Positions 1 to 8,574 of a DNA stretch of 19,303 nucleotides are shown here, one piece after another; the first letter of the stretch is position 1, and each line of letters starts with the position of its first letter. The notes beneath the pieces are model-generated. The model ran no database searches and was not told where the DNA came from. It saw only the letters and a program-made list of their open reading frames with translations. The DNA comes from a virus: the UHGV virus genome UHGV-0121367, one strand, 5' to 3'. Position numbers and translations under genes: made by a program.

Positions 1-2
1 TG

Positions 3-1304
3 GCCTTTAATGAGCCGCTGATGCTTGAACCCGCCTATGCGCGGGTTTTCTTTTGCGCGCTGGCTGGCCAGTTGGGCATCACCCGGCTGACAGATACCGT
101 CTCTGGCATCACGCTTGATGCCGGACAAATAGCCGAACCGCTGGCGCTGTTTGGTGAGGATGATGACATGGATCCCCGTCCATCACGCAGCTATCAGGTG
201 GCAAATGGTATCGCGGTCTTGCCGGTTTCCGGCACGCTGGTCAGTAAAACCCGTGCGCTTCAGCCTTATTCCGGCATGACGGGTTACAACGGGATCATTG
301 CTCGCCTGCAGCAGGCAATCAGTGACCCCGGCGTTGACGGCATTCTTCTGGATATGGATACGCCGGGTGGAATGGTGTCCGGGGCGTTTGACTGCGCCGA
401 CATTATAGCCCGTATGCGCGATATCAAACCCATCTGGGCGCTGGCCAATGACATGAACTGCAGTGCAGGGCAGCTTATAGCCAGTTCGGCATCGCGACGG
501 CTGGTCACACAAACGGCCAGAACCGGCTCCATTGGGGTCATGATGGCGCACAGCAACTATGGCGCTGCGCTCAAAACTAACGGCGTTGAGGTCACGCTGA
601 TTTACAGCGGCGATCGCAAGGTCGACGGCAACCCTTACGAAAAGCTTCCGAAAGATGTGCGTGCTGATTTCCAGACGCGTATCGATGCCACTCGTCAGAT
701 GTTTGCCGAAAAGGTTTCCGCTTATACCGGCATGTCTGTTCAGGACGTGCTGGACACCGAAGCGGCAGTATTCTCCGGCCAGGAGTCTTTGGATAACGGA
801 CTGGCGGATGAACTTGTTAACAATACCGATGCGCTCGGCGTGATGCGCGAAGCACTCGACAGACGCAAAAAAACAACCCTTGGAGGAACTATGCCATCAC
901 CTTCTGCTTCAGCTGTGACCACTAAGCCAGTTGACCAGGCAGCAACTCAGACAACTGCCTCAGCTGAACAGGTCACTACCGTTGACACGACCATTGCTTC
1001 CGTAGCGGCCCCTGTAGATGTCAGTGCGCAGGTTACTGCAGCAGTAGCTGCAGAGAATAGCCGCATCATGGGCATCCTGAACTGCGATGAGGCTAAAGGG
1101 CGTGAGTCACAGGCGCGAGCACTGGCCGAAACGCCGGGTATGACGGTAGAGAGCGCACAGCGCATTCTGGCTGCTGCACCGCAAAGTGCCCAGGCGCGTA
1201 CCGATACGGCGCTGGATCGTTTGATGGAAACAGCACCCGGTGCACTCCCAGCAGGTAGCGCATCTTCTGATGCCGCTGACGATTTGTTAAACACCCCCGT
1301 TTAA
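3..1304 (+). CDS. C: Head maturation protease / minor capsid protein C (S49 peptidase family), 5' end truncated by the window edge
   Basis: ORF track frame 21..1304 is open back to position 3, with in-frame codons AFNEPL upstream of the first Met. The translation is recognisably collinear with lambda gpC as recalled from memory, including the conserved C-terminal scaffold-like tail ending LLNTPV. Lambda gene order follows downstream. Confidence 0.93.
   Translation, partial: AFNEPLMLEPAYARVFFCALAGQLGITRLTDTVSGITLDAGQIAEPLALFGEDDDMDPRPSRSYQVANGIAVLPVSGTLVSKTRALQPYSGMTGYNGIIARLQQAISDPGVDGILLDMDTPGGMVSGAFDCADIIARMRDIKPIWALANDMNCSAGQLIASSASRRLVTQTARTGSIGVMMAHSNYGAALKTNGVEVTLIYSGDRKVDGNPYEKLPKDVRADFQTRIDATRQMFAEKVSAYTGMSVQDVLDTEAAVFSGQESLDNGLADELVNNTDALGVMREALDRRKKTTLGGTMPSPSASAVTTKPVDQAATQTTASAEQVTTVDTTIASVAAPVDVSAQVTAAVAAENSRIMGILNCDEAKGRESQARALAETPGMTVESAQRILAAAPQSAQARTDTALDRLMETAPGALPAGSASSDAADDLLNTPV
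891..1304 (+). CDS. Nu3: Scaffolding protein Nu3, nested in-frame in the 3' part of C (internal start)
   Basis: In-frame ATG at 891 is preceded by GGAGGA at 883-888. The product MPSPSASAVTT... to the C stop is Ala/Thr/Gln-rich like lambda Nu3. Nested Nu3 translation is established for lambda; its use here is inferred. Confidence 0.72.
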   Translation: MPSPSASAVTTKPVDQAATQTTASAEQVTTVDTTIASVAAPVDVSAQVTAAVAAENSRIMGILNCDEAKGRESQARALAETPGMTVESAQRILAAAPQSAQARTDTALDRLMETAPGALPAGSASSDAADDLLNTPV

Positions 1305-1313
1305 GAGGCTATC

Positions 1314-1646
1314 ATGGCAATTACTGAAGTTTTCACACATAACCAGCCGCTCGGTAACAGCGACCCGGCGCACACTGCGTATGGTCCTGGCGAACTGACG
1401 GCTTCCACTCCAGCCATGACGCCGCTCATGCTGGATGCCACTTCTGGCAAGCTGACCGTCTGGGATGGTGCTCATGCTGGCGCGGCAATGGGCATCCTGG
1501 CTGTAACCGCAGACCAGAACAGCGCGGAACTGGCATATTACAAATCTGGCTCTTTCCGTATTGAAGATGTCCTCTGGCCATCTGCCGTCACCGACGACAA
1601 CATTAAACGTAACGCGTTCGCCGGTACTGCAATCAGCATCGTTTAA
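1314..1646 (+). CDS. D: Head decoration protein D
   Basis: 110-aa ORF with an AAGAGG RBS at 1303-1308. The sequence ([16 protein letters not shown]...[10 protein letters not shown]) is near-collinear with lambda gpD and sits between C and E. Confidence 0.95.
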   Translation: MAITEVFTHNQPLGNSDPAHTAYGPGELTASTPAMTPLMLDATSGKLTVWDGAHAGAAMGILAVTADQNSAELAYYKSGSFRIEDVLWPSAVTDDNIKRNAFAGTAISIV

Positions 1647-1675
1647 TCCGCATTTCTACAACCATCATCATTCAT

Positions 1676-1700
1676 AAAAGCCGCTTGCGCGGCTTTTTTT
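1676..1700 (+). terminator. Intrinsic-terminator-like hairpin between D and E
   Basis: Stem 1680-1684 (gccgc) pairs with 1689-1693 (gcggc), with A/T extension and a 4-nt loop, followed by a 7-T run at 1694-1700. It lies 30 nt after the D stop and 14 nt before the E start. Confidence 0.6.
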
Positions 1701-1713
1701 ACGGGAAAAATCT

Positions 1714-2739
1714 ATGTCCGTTTACACCACTGCCCAACTGCTGGCGGTCAATGAGAAGAAATTCAAATTCGATCCGCTTTTCCTGCGTATCTTTTTCCGC
1801 GAAACCTATCCCTTCAGTACAGAGAAGGTTTACCTGTCGCAAATTCCTGGCCTGGTCAATATGGCGCTTTACGTCTCGCCGATTGTCTCCGGCAAAGTGA
1901 TCCGCTCCCGTGGCGGCAGCACGTCTGAATTCACGCCGGGTTATGTGAAGCCGAAACACGAAGTTAACCCACTGATGACTCTCCGCCGCCTGCCGGATGA
2001 GGATCCGCAGAATCTCGCTGACCCGGTCTATCGCCGTCGCCGCATTATCCTTCAGAACATGAAGGATGAAGAGCTGGCGATTGCTCAGGTCGAAGAGAAA
2101 CAGGCTGTTTCGGCGGTGCTCAGCGGTAAATACACCATGACCGGGGAAGCGTTCGAGCCTGTTGAAGTCGATATGGGCCGCAGCGCTGGTAACAACATTG
2201 TCCAGGCCGGTGCGGCTGCATGGTCAACCCGCGACAAAGAAACGTATGACCCGACCGATGACATTGAAGCCTACGCGCTCAACGCCAGCGGTGTGGTCAA
2301 CATCATTGTGTTCGATCCGAAAGGCTGGGCGCTGTTCCGTTCCTTCAAGGCTGTTGAGAAGAAGCTGGATACGCGTCGTGGTTCTAACTCTGAGCTGGAA
2401 ACTGCCGTGAAAGACCTGGGTATGGCTGTTTCATACAAGGGGATGTTTGGCGATGTGGCCATCGTGGTGTACTCCGGCCAGTACGTCGAAAACGACGTCA
2501 AAAAGAATTATCTGCCGGACCTGACAATGGTGCTGGGGAATACCCAGGCTCGTGGCCTGCGTACCTATGGCTGCATTCTTGATGCTGATGCCCAGCGCGA
2601 AGGTATCAATGCCTCGACACGCTACCCGAAAAACTGGGTGCAGTCGGGGGATCCGGCGCGCGAATTCACCATGATTCAGTCAGCTCCGCTGATGCTGCTG
2701 CCAGACCCTGACGCATTCGTCTCCGTCAAACTGGCATAA
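1714..2739 (+). CDS. E: Major capsid protein E
   Basis: 341-aa ORF. The N-terminus MSVYTTAQLLAVNEKKFKFDPLFLRIFFRETYPF and the rest are highly similar to lambda gpE (same length class), in the expected position. Confidence 0.97.
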   Translation: MSVYTTAQLLAVNEKKFKFDPLFLRIFFRETYPFSTEKVYLSQIPGLVNMALYVSPIVSGKVIRSRGGSTSEFTPGYVKPKHEVNPLMTLRRLPDEDPQNLADPVYRRRRIILQNMKDEELAIAQVEEKQAVSAVLSGKYTMTGEAFEPVEVDMGRSAGNNIVQAGAAAWSTRDKETYDPTDDIEAYALNASGVVNIIVFDPKGWALFRSFKAVEKKLDTRRGSNSELETAVKDLGMAVSYKGMFGDVAIVVYSGQYVENDVKKNYLPDLTMVLGNTQARGLRTYGCILDADAQREGINASTRYPKNWVQSGDPAREFTMIQSAPLMLLPDPDAFVSVKLA

Positions 2740-2748
2740 CTTCCCCCA

Positions 2749-2766
2749 GTGGCCCTGTCGGGCCAC
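2749..2766 (+). other. Perfect 7-bp stem hairpin (gtggccc-tgtc-gggccac) in the E-FI intergenic region
   Basis: Reverse-complementary arms at 2749-2755 and 2760-2766 with a 4-nt loop and no clean T-run. Possible RNA processing, stability or attenuator structure. Confidence 0.4.
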
Positions 2767-2784
2767 CTTTCTGGAGTATTTCCC

Positions 2785-3219
2785 ATGACAGAAAAAGAAA
2801 AGCTGGTCGCCCGCCTGAATGAACTTGGGACCCAGCTTAACCGCGAGGTCAGTACCAGCGGCACCATTCAGGAACTGACGATGCGTATTGCTGAGCTTGA
2901 AGAGGAACTGGATGGCAATGCCGGGTCAGTTGACGGTGAAAACGGCGTGCAGAATGCTTCCGACAGCACCGACAGCACCGACAGCACCGACAGCACCGAC
3001 AGCACCGACAACAATGTTGCTAACGTGGCAAAAGTAAAAACGGAATCGGCCACAACGGGTGACCTGGTATCAGTAGAAACGCTGGCCACCCTGCATATTG
3101 ACGCTCTGCATGCCACGCGTAACGAGCCGGTATCTATCGTAGAGCCTGGTGTGATTATCCGCGTATCTGAACAGGATGCCGACGACTTGATCGCAAAGGG
3201 GATGGCTTTCGAAGTCTGA
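2785..3219 (+). CDS. FI: DNA packaging / head-DNA stabilisation protein FI
   Basis: ATG at 2785 with GGAG at 2773-2776. The N-terminus MTEKEKLVARLNELGTQLNREV resembles lambda gpFI. The upstream GTG at 2749 lies inside the hairpin and is less likely. Contains an internal (DST)n repeat. Confidence 0.85.
   Translation: MTEKEKLVARLNELGTQLNREVSTSGTIQELTMRIAELEEELDGNAGSVDGENGVQNASDSTDSTDSTDSTDSTDNNVANVAKVKTESATTGDLVSVETLATLHIDALHATRNEPVSIVEPGVIIRVSEQDADDLIAKGMAFEV
2962..3009 (+). repeat. Perfect 9-bp tandem repeat (gacagcacc) x5 plus a partial unit, in frame within FI, encoding DSTDSTDSTDSTDSTD
   Basis: Read directly: five complete gacagcacc units at 2962-3006, then gac. Confidence 0.95.
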
Positions 3220-3229
3220 AGGGGGCCAC

Positions 3230-3583
3230 ATGGCTGATTTCGATAATCTCTTTGACGAGGCCATGTCGCGAGCTGATAGCGCTATCCGTGGTGTGATGGG
3301 CACAGAGGCAAAGGTGATGTCAGGCGCTTTGTCAGGTGCCACCCTGGTCGGTGTATTCGATGATCCAGAAAATATCGGATATGCCGGTGCCGGGATTCGT
3401 GTTGAAGGAACCAGCCCGACCCTGTTTGTGGAAACCGCCACTGTCAGGCAGCTGCAGCGTATGGACACGCTGACGATTAACGGTCGGCAATTCTGGGTTG
3501 AACGTATTGGCCCGGATGACTGTGGCTCCTGTCATATCTGTCTGGGTAACGGCTCTCCACCTGCATCTTCGCGTCGCCGTTAA
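3230..3583 (+). CDS. FII: Head completion / head-tail joining protein FII
   Basis: 117-aa ORF with a GAAGGGGG RBS. The N-terminus MADFDNLFDEA and C-terminal ...PPASSRRR are collinear with lambda gpFII. Confidence 0.93.
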   Translation: MADFDNLFDEAMSRADSAIRGVMGTEAKVMSGALSGATLVGVFDDPENIGYAGAGIRVEGTSPTLFVETATVRQLQRMDTLTINGRQFWVERIGPDDCGSCHICLGNGSPPASSRRR

Positions 3584-3592
3584 GGAGCGCAT

Positions 3593-4147
3593 ATGTCCAT
3601 AAAAGGCCTTGAACAGGCCATAGAAAACCTTAACAGCATCAGCAAAACGGCTGTTCCGCGGGCATCGGCGCAGGCCGTTAACCGCGTGGCAAACCGGGCC
3701 GTCAGCCGCAGCGTGGCAGTCGTATCAAAAGATACGCGCGTACCGCGAAAACTGGTAAAGCAACGCGCCAGGGTGAAGCGTGCGACGGTCAATAGACCTC
3801 GTGCACTTATCCGGGTAAACCGGGGAAATTTACCGGCCATTAAACTCGGTACCGCAAGCGTGCGACTTTCCCGCAGAAAACGGGACAAGAAAGGGGCCAA
3901 CAGCGTTCTGCGCATAGGGCCATTTCGTTTTCCGGGCGGCTTTATCCAGCAACTTAAAAATGGTCGCTGGCATGTCATGAGGCGGACTTCAAAACCTCGT
4001 TACCCCATTGAAGTGGTCAGCATCCCGCTGGCAGCTCCATTAACTACGGCATTTAAAGAAGAACTGCCGAAGCTCATGGAGTCAGATATGCCCAAAGAGC
4101 TCCTGGCATCCCTTACCAACCAACTCAGGTTAATTCTGACACGATGA
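3593..4147 (+). CDS. Z: Tail completion protein Z
   Basis: 184-aa ORF with an AAGGAG RBS at 3582-3587, in the position of lambda Z (between FII and U), starting MSIKGLEQAIENL. Its stop overlaps the U start (ATGA at 4144-4147). Confidence 0.88.
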   Translation: MSIKGLEQAIENLNSISKTAVPRASAQAVNRVANRAVSRSVAVVSKDTRVPRKLVKQRARVKRATVNRPRALIRVNRGNLPAIKLGTASVRLSRRKRDKKGANSVLRIGPFRFPGGFIQQLKNGRWHVMRRTSKPRYPIEVVSIPLAAPLTTAFKEELPKLMESDMPKELLASLTNQLRLILTR

Positions 4148-4542
4148 AACACAGCGATATTCGCAAGGTGATTATTGACGCGCTGGAAAGCGCGATTGGT
4201 ACTGATGTCATTTATTTTGACGGCAGACCTGCAGTGCTCGAAGAGGGTGATTTTCCCGCTGTTGCCGTCTACCTGACAGATGCGGAATACACAGGGGAAG
4301 AACTGGACGCCGATAGCTGGCAGGCCATTCTGCATATCGAAGTCTTTCTTGAGGCTCAGGTACCTGATTCTGATCTGGATGACTGGATGGAGACGAGAGT
4401 GTATCCGGTTCTCGCAGAGGTTCCGGGGCTTGAATCTCTTATCACCACAATGGTTCAGCAGGGCTATGACTACCAGCGCGATGACGATATGGCGCTGTGG
4501 AGTTCTGCCGACCTGAAATATTCCATTACTTACGACATGTGA
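4144..4542 (+). CDS. U: Tail tube terminator protein U
   Basis: 132-aa ORF, strongly similar to lambda gpU (FDGRPAV...[10 protein letters not shown]...AEYTGEELD...LHIEVFL), translationally coupled to Z. Confidence 0.94.
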   Translation: MKHSDIRKVIIDALESAIGTDVIYFDGRPAVLEEGDFPAVAVYLTDAEYTGEELDADSWQAILHIEVFLEAQVPDSDLDDWMETRVYPVLAEVPGLESLITTMVQQGYDYQRDDDMALWSSADLKYSITYDM

Positions 4543-4549
4543 GGACCCT

Positions 4550-5287
4550 ATGGCCACACCAAACCCGCTGGCACCAACAAAAGGTGCTGGTACCACCCTC
4601 TGGGTTTACACCGGAACTGGTGATCCATACGCCAATCCGCTTTCAGACGTTGACTGGCTGCGCCTGGCAAAGATTAAAGACCTGCAGCCCGGAGAACTGA
4701 CAGCTGAATCGGAAGATGACACCTACATCGATGATGAGAATGCCGACTGGACATCAACGATGCAGGGGCAGAAATCAGCCGGTGAAACAAACCTGACGCT
4801 CGCATGGATGCCGGAGGATTCCGGTCAGCAGGACCTGGTGAACTGGTTCGATGAAGGCACCGTGAAGGGGTATAAAATCAAATATCCGAATGGTGTTGTC
4901 GATGTCTTTAAGGGCTGGGTGAGCAGTCTCGGCAAGACCATCTCGTCTAAAGAGGTCATGACCCGCACGGCAAAAATCACCAACAATGGCAAACCATCGC
5001 TGGCCGAAGACAGTGGTACCGCGCCGATTGCCGTTACGGGGATCAGCCTGGATAAATCCACGGCGGCTGTGGCTGTCGCGGCCACGACGCAACTGGTTGT
5101 TTCTGTCCTGCCAGCAAGTGCTTCAGATAAGTCTTTCCGCGTAGCCAGTTCTGATCCGTCAAAAGCAACGGTCACCGTCAGCGGCAATACCCTGACTGTT
5201 ACCGGCGTGGCGGCAGGCACCGTCGAGATCATCGTAATGAGCAATGACGGTAACTTTGTGGCGATCTGCAAAGTCACTGTTTCCTGA
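4550..5287 (+). CDS. V: Major tail tube protein V with a C-terminal Ig-like (Big_2-type) domain
   Basis: 245-aa ORF. The N-terminal 150 aa are near-collinear with lambda gpV ([10 protein letters not shown]...[12 protein letters not shown]...). The C-terminal about 90 aa has the typical Ig-like pattern (...SFRVASSD...[22 protein letters not shown]...). Confidence 0.95.
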   Translation: MATPNPLAPTKGAGTTLWVYTGTGDPYANPLSDVDWLRLAKIKDLQPGELTAESEDDTYIDDENADWTSTMQGQKSAGETNLTLAWMPEDSGQQDLVNWFDEGTVKGYKIKYPNGVVDVFKGWVSSLGKTISSKEVMTRTAKITNNGKPSLAEDSGTAPIAVTGISLDKSTAAVAVAATTQLVVSVLPASASDKSFRVASSDPSKATVTVSGNTLTVTGVAAGTVEIIVMSNDGNFVAICKVTVS

Positions 5288-5291
5288 TAAC

Positions 5292-5307
5292 CGGGGCGAA
5301 AGCCCCG
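5292..5307 (+). other. GNRA-loop hairpin (cggggc-gaaa-gccccg) just after the V stop
   Basis: Perfect 6-bp GC stem with a GAAA tetraloop, 5 nt after the V double stop (tga taa), with no T-run. Candidate mRNA 3' stabiliser or processing signal. Confidence 0.45.
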
Positions 5308-5323
5308 TTCCCCCGGAGTAATT

Positions 5324-5746
5324 ATGTTTCTAAAGAGCGAGCTGCTTGAAAGTAACGGCAGCAGCGTCACATTGTTCCAGCTGTCGGCGCTGCAGCGTAT
5401 TGAATACCTCGAATACCTGAAACAACTTGAGGCGGTTGAAGCTGGTGATTTTCAGGCTGCCATTACCCTTACCGTGAAGAGTGGAGCATATCTGGTGGCA
5501 ATGTCACTCTGGCATGGCCACGCGCTTAAAGGATCGCAGGGAGAAAACGCGGCGGCGGAAGTGGAGCAGATTCAGGATGAGGTCATGCAGACATGGCCGA
5601 CCGAACTTGTTGCCGAAGCCGAATATAAGGTGAAACTCCTGTCCGGGATGATTGCGCCGGTCACTGATGACCAGGCTGAGCCCGGTGAAGAACGTAATGA
5701 ACCCGATGAACCTGTTACTGCGGAAAAGCCCTCGCCAGTGAGCTGA
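5324..5746 (+). CDS. G: Tail assembly chaperone G
   Basis: 140-aa ORF with a GGAG RBS, similar to lambda gpG (MFLKSE...LSALQRIE...LVAMSLWH...). Confidence 0.9.
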   Translation: MFLKSELLESNGSSVTLFQLSALQRIEYLEYLKQLEAVEAGDFQAAITLTVKSGAYLVAMSLWHGHALKGSQGENAAAEVEQIQDEVMQTWPTELVAEAEYKVKLLSGMIAPVTDDQAEPGEERNEPDEPVTAEKPSPVS

Positions 5747-6075
5747 AGTTTGCCATGAAACTGGCGCGTGAGTTCGGTCGCCCGGACTGGCGTGCCATGC
5801 TTGCTGGCATGTCCTCAACGGAATACGGCGACTGGAAAATCTTCTACCAGGACAATTACTTTCATGATGCGCAGCTGGACGCACATTTCTCCGGCTTGCT
5901 CTACACCATCTCAACCCTGTTTTTTGCTGATCCGGAATTAACACCGGACAGTTTCAGCATCCTTTCCCCTGTATCGGAAAGCATCGACGTTGATGAGCCG
6001 GATGACGATACGCTGATGGCGAAGGCTGCAGGTATTTCAGGAGGCGTGCGCTATGGCCCAGACGGCAGTGGGTGA
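5710..6075 (+). CDS. T: T frame of the G-T tail assembly chaperone, expressed as a G-T fusion by programmed -1 ribosomal frameshift (no independent start expected)
   Basis: The -1 frame relative to G is open from 5710 (after TGA at 5707-5709) to the stop at 6073-6075. Its translation (...REFGRPDWRAMLAGMSSTEYGDWKIFYQDNYF...AAGISGGVRYGPDG) resembles lambda gpT. It overlaps G by 36 nt, which contain a lambda-like slippery heptamer. It ends overlapping the H start, as in lambda. Confidence 0.8.
   Translation, partial: TCYCGKALASELKFAMKLAREFGRPDWRAMLAGMSSTEYGDWKIFYQDNYFHDAQLDAHFSGLLYTISTLFFADPELTPDSFSILSPVSESIDVDEPDDDTLMAKAAGISGGVRYGPDGSG
5722..5728 (+). other. Candidate -1 frameshift slippery heptamer G.GAA.AAG (lambda has G.GGA.AAG)
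   Basis: This is the only heptamer of this kind inside the 36-nt G/T overlap. The A-site AAG to AAA slip is classical. The P-site GAA to GGA re-pairing needs a G:U pair at the middle position. Confidence 0.5.
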
Positions 6076-8569
6076 TCTGGTCGTTAACTTTGACGTTAAC
6101 TCGACGAAATTTAACGAGCAGCTTAACTACGTCAAAAAAGAATTAAAGCAGACTGGCAGCGCGGCGAACGACGAAGCGCTACGGATCCAGCAGTCCTTTA
6201 GCCGCCAGGAGAACGCCGCGCGCAAGGCGGGTATTTCAATAGGCCAGTATAACGCAGCAATGCGTATGCTTCCGGCGCAGTTTACCGATATAGCTACGCA
6301 GCTAGCGGGCGGGCAGAACCCATGGCTGATTCTGCTTCAGCAGGGCGGTCAGGTTAAGGACTCCTTTGGCGGGATAATACCAACATTCAGGGCCTTACTG
6401 GGTACGATCTCACCGTTGATGGTCGGCATCGGTGCGCTGTCCGCCGCAACGGGTGCGCTGTTCTATGCCTGGTACCAGGGCTCTTCCACTCTGTCTGACT
6501 TCAACAAAACGCTGGTACTGTCGGGGAACACAGCCGGACTGACCGCTGACCGCATGCTGGCACTGGCGCGTAACGGACAGGCAGCGGGGCTGACCTTCAA
6601 CCAGACCAGTGAAGCGCTGACCGAACTTATCAACGCGGGTGTGCGTGCTGGCTCGCGCTTTGATGACATGAGCCAGGCGGTGGCGCGGTTTACCGATGCC
6701 TCCGGCGTGCCGGTGGAAAAGGTCGCAGCAGCCTATGGCAAGCTCGCAACTGACCCGACATCTGGCCTGATCGCGATGGCCCAGCAGTTCCATAACGTTA
6801 CCGCTGAACAGATTGCCCATGTGGCGCAGCTGCAGCGTGCCGGTGATGAGGCTGGCGCACTGCAGGCGGCTAACGAGGCTGCTACAGCCGGATTCAACGA
6901 TCAGACCAAAGCCATCCGCGACAATATGGGGACGATTGAATCTTCAGCGGACTCCCTGAAGCGCGCCTTCAAGTCGATGTGGGATGCAGCCCTCGATATT
7001 GGCCGACCTGACACCGCGCAGGAGATGGTGGCAAAAGCCGAAGCCGCGTTCAAAAAAGCCGATGAAATCTGGAACCTGCGTAAAGGTGACCGATATGTCA
7101 ATGATGAGGCCCGCACCCGATTCTGGAATGACCGCGAAACGGCCAGGCTTGCGCTGGATATGGCGCAGCAGCAGGCGGGAATTGCCAGGGCGAACGAAGA
7201 GAATGCATCGCGCGAAGCGGCTGCGGAATCGGATCGCCAGAAGTATGCTGCGCAGGCACAGGCAAACTATGCCAAAATGCAGACGGCACTGGAGAAATAC
7301 ACGGCCAGGCAGAGCGAGCTCAACAAGGCGCTGAAAGAGGGGCGGATCCTCCAGGCTGACTACAACATCAACCTGGCTGCCGCGAAAAAAGAGTACGAAG
7401 ACACCCTTAAAAAGCCGAAGAAGACCCCGGCAATCAGAACCCCCGCAGGTGCCCGTGCCACCGATACGGCCAGTGCCCAGACGCTGGAGCTACAGACACA
7501 GCTGCGCACCCTGCAGGAGCATAAGAGCATCAATGACACCATCAGCCAGCAGCGTCAGGAGCTGTGGCGTCAGCAGTCCCGCTTTACGGTTCTGGAAGAG
7601 GCCGCGAAGACCCGAACGCTTTCTGCTGAGGAAAAATCCCTGCTGGCCAGTAAAAGTGAGGTGCTTTCCCGTGCGGAGCTGAATGCGAAGCTTGGCGATA
7701 AGATAGTGGCGCAGGAGCGGCTTAACCGCCTGCAGGATACGTCCCAAAAATACGTCACGCAGATCGGCGAGAAAACCCGAGCCCTTGCGGAAAGTGCTGG
7801 TATGAGCAGTCGTGCAGCACAACGTCGCAATGAAGAGGCCCAGCTTCTTCAGGGCTGGAAAAATGGTGGTGGTTCGGAGAACGATGCTGGTTATCAGAAT
7901 GAGCTGAAGGCGCTGAAGGCGTATTACGCCGAGCAGGATAAGCTTCGGGACGACTGGCAGTCCGGGGCAAAATCCGCTTGGGCAGATTATGTTGATTCTG
8001 CTTCTGATGCTTATGGCCAGATGAAGTCGTTTGCCACCAGTACGTTTGATGGAATCGGGCAAAATATGGCTGACATGCTGACACGCGGAAAGGCTGACTG
8101 GGCTGACTTCACCCGCTCCACGCTCTCCATGCTGACACAGATCCTGCTGAAACAGGCGATGGTAGGCTTAGTGGATTCAGCATCAACCGCGCTGGGATTT
8201 GCAGGTGGCGGTTATACCGGTTCAGGCGGGAAATATGAGCCAGCAGGTGTCGTTCACCGTGGTGAATTTGTTTTCACCAAAGAGGCTACCAGCCGGATCG
8301 GCGTCGGCAACCTTTACCGGATGATGAAAGGGTACGCCACAGGAGGGCTTGTCGGGGGCAGTGGCACAGGTCCCGCTGCAGCACCTTTCGGGGTGAGCGT
8401 GTACGCGCCTGTGACCGTCGAGAATGCCTCCGGTGGCGCACAGCAGCAAAATGACGGAGACAGGCTGGGTAAGGCGTATCAGCAGGTGATTAACAAATCT
8501 GTCAACGATGGTATCGCCAGGGCAATCCAGCCCGGTGGGCTTATCTGGAATGCGACCAATCGCAGGTAA
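6053..8569 (+). CDS. H: Tail tape measure protein H
   Basis: 838-aa ORF (lambda gpH is in the same size class) with an AGGAGG RBS, placed after G-T. It has long Ala/Gln/Arg/Lys-rich predicted helical regions and a Gly-rich C-terminal part. Confidence 0.93.
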   Translation: MAQTAVGDLVVNFDVNSTKFNEQLNYVKKELKQTGSAANDEALRIQQSFSRQENAARKAGISIGQYNAAMRMLPAQFTDIATQLAGGQNPWLILLQQGGQVKDSFGGIIPTFRALLGTISPLMVGIGALSAATGALFYAWYQGSSTLSDFNKTLVLSGNTAGLTADRMLALARNGQAAGLTFNQTSEALTELINAGVRAGSRFDDMSQAVARFTDASGVPVEKVAAAYGKLATDPTSGLIAMAQQFHNVTAEQIAHVAQLQRAGDEAGALQAANEAATAGFNDQTKAIRDNMGTIESSADSLKRAFKSMWDAALDIGRPDTAQEMVAKAEAAFKKADEIWNLRKGDRYVNDEARTRFWNDRETARLALDMAQQQAGIARANEENASREAAAESDRQKYAAQAQANYAKMQTALEKYTARQSELNKALKEGRILQADYNINLAAAKKEYEDTLKKPKKTPAIRTPAGARATDTASAQTLELQTQLRTLQEHKSINDTISQQRQELWRQQSRFTVLEEAAKTRTLSAEEKSLLASKSEVLSRAELNAKLGDKIVAQERLNRLQDTSQKYVTQIGEKTRALAESAGMSSRAAQRRNEEAQLLQGWKNGGGSENDAGYQNELKALKAYYAEQDKLRDDWQSGAKSAWADYVDSASDAYGQMKSFATSTFDGIGQNMADMLTRGKADWADFTRSTLSMLTQILLKQAMVGLVDSASTALGFAGGGYTGSGGKYEPAGVVHRGEFVFTKEATSRIGVGNLYRMMKGYATGGLVGGSGTGPAAAPFGVSVYAPVTVENASGGAQQQNDGDRLGKAYQQVINKSVNDGIARAIQPGGLIWNATNRR

Positions 8570-8574
8570 CAGTT

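Noticed and set aside
183-556. Minus-strand ORFs of 122 and 90 aa inside C
   Set aside because: They are antisense to a strongly supported C reading frame. They have no RBS that I could see and are probably high-GC antisense artefacts.
2749-2784. Upstream GTG start for FI (the 156-aa version in the ORF track)
   Set aside because: The GTG lies inside the 2749-2766 hairpin and lacks an RBS. The ATG at 2785 has a GGAG RBS and gives an N-terminus resembling lambda FI.
2962-3009. Possible CRISPR array or mobile-element repeat
   Set aside because: The 9-bp units are contiguous with no spacers and lie in frame inside FI, so this is a coding microsatellite.
4000-4596. 198-aa minus-strand ORF spanning Z and U
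   Set aside because: It is antisense to two well-supported, translationally coupled tail genes, and a long open antisense frame is expected at this GC content.
4825-5370. 181-aa minus-strand ORF inside V
   Set aside because: Antisense to the major tail protein gene, with no independent support.
7490-8084. Minus-strand ORFs of 190 and 109 aa inside H
   Set aside because: Antisense to the tape measure gene, with low-complexity translations. Treated as spurious.
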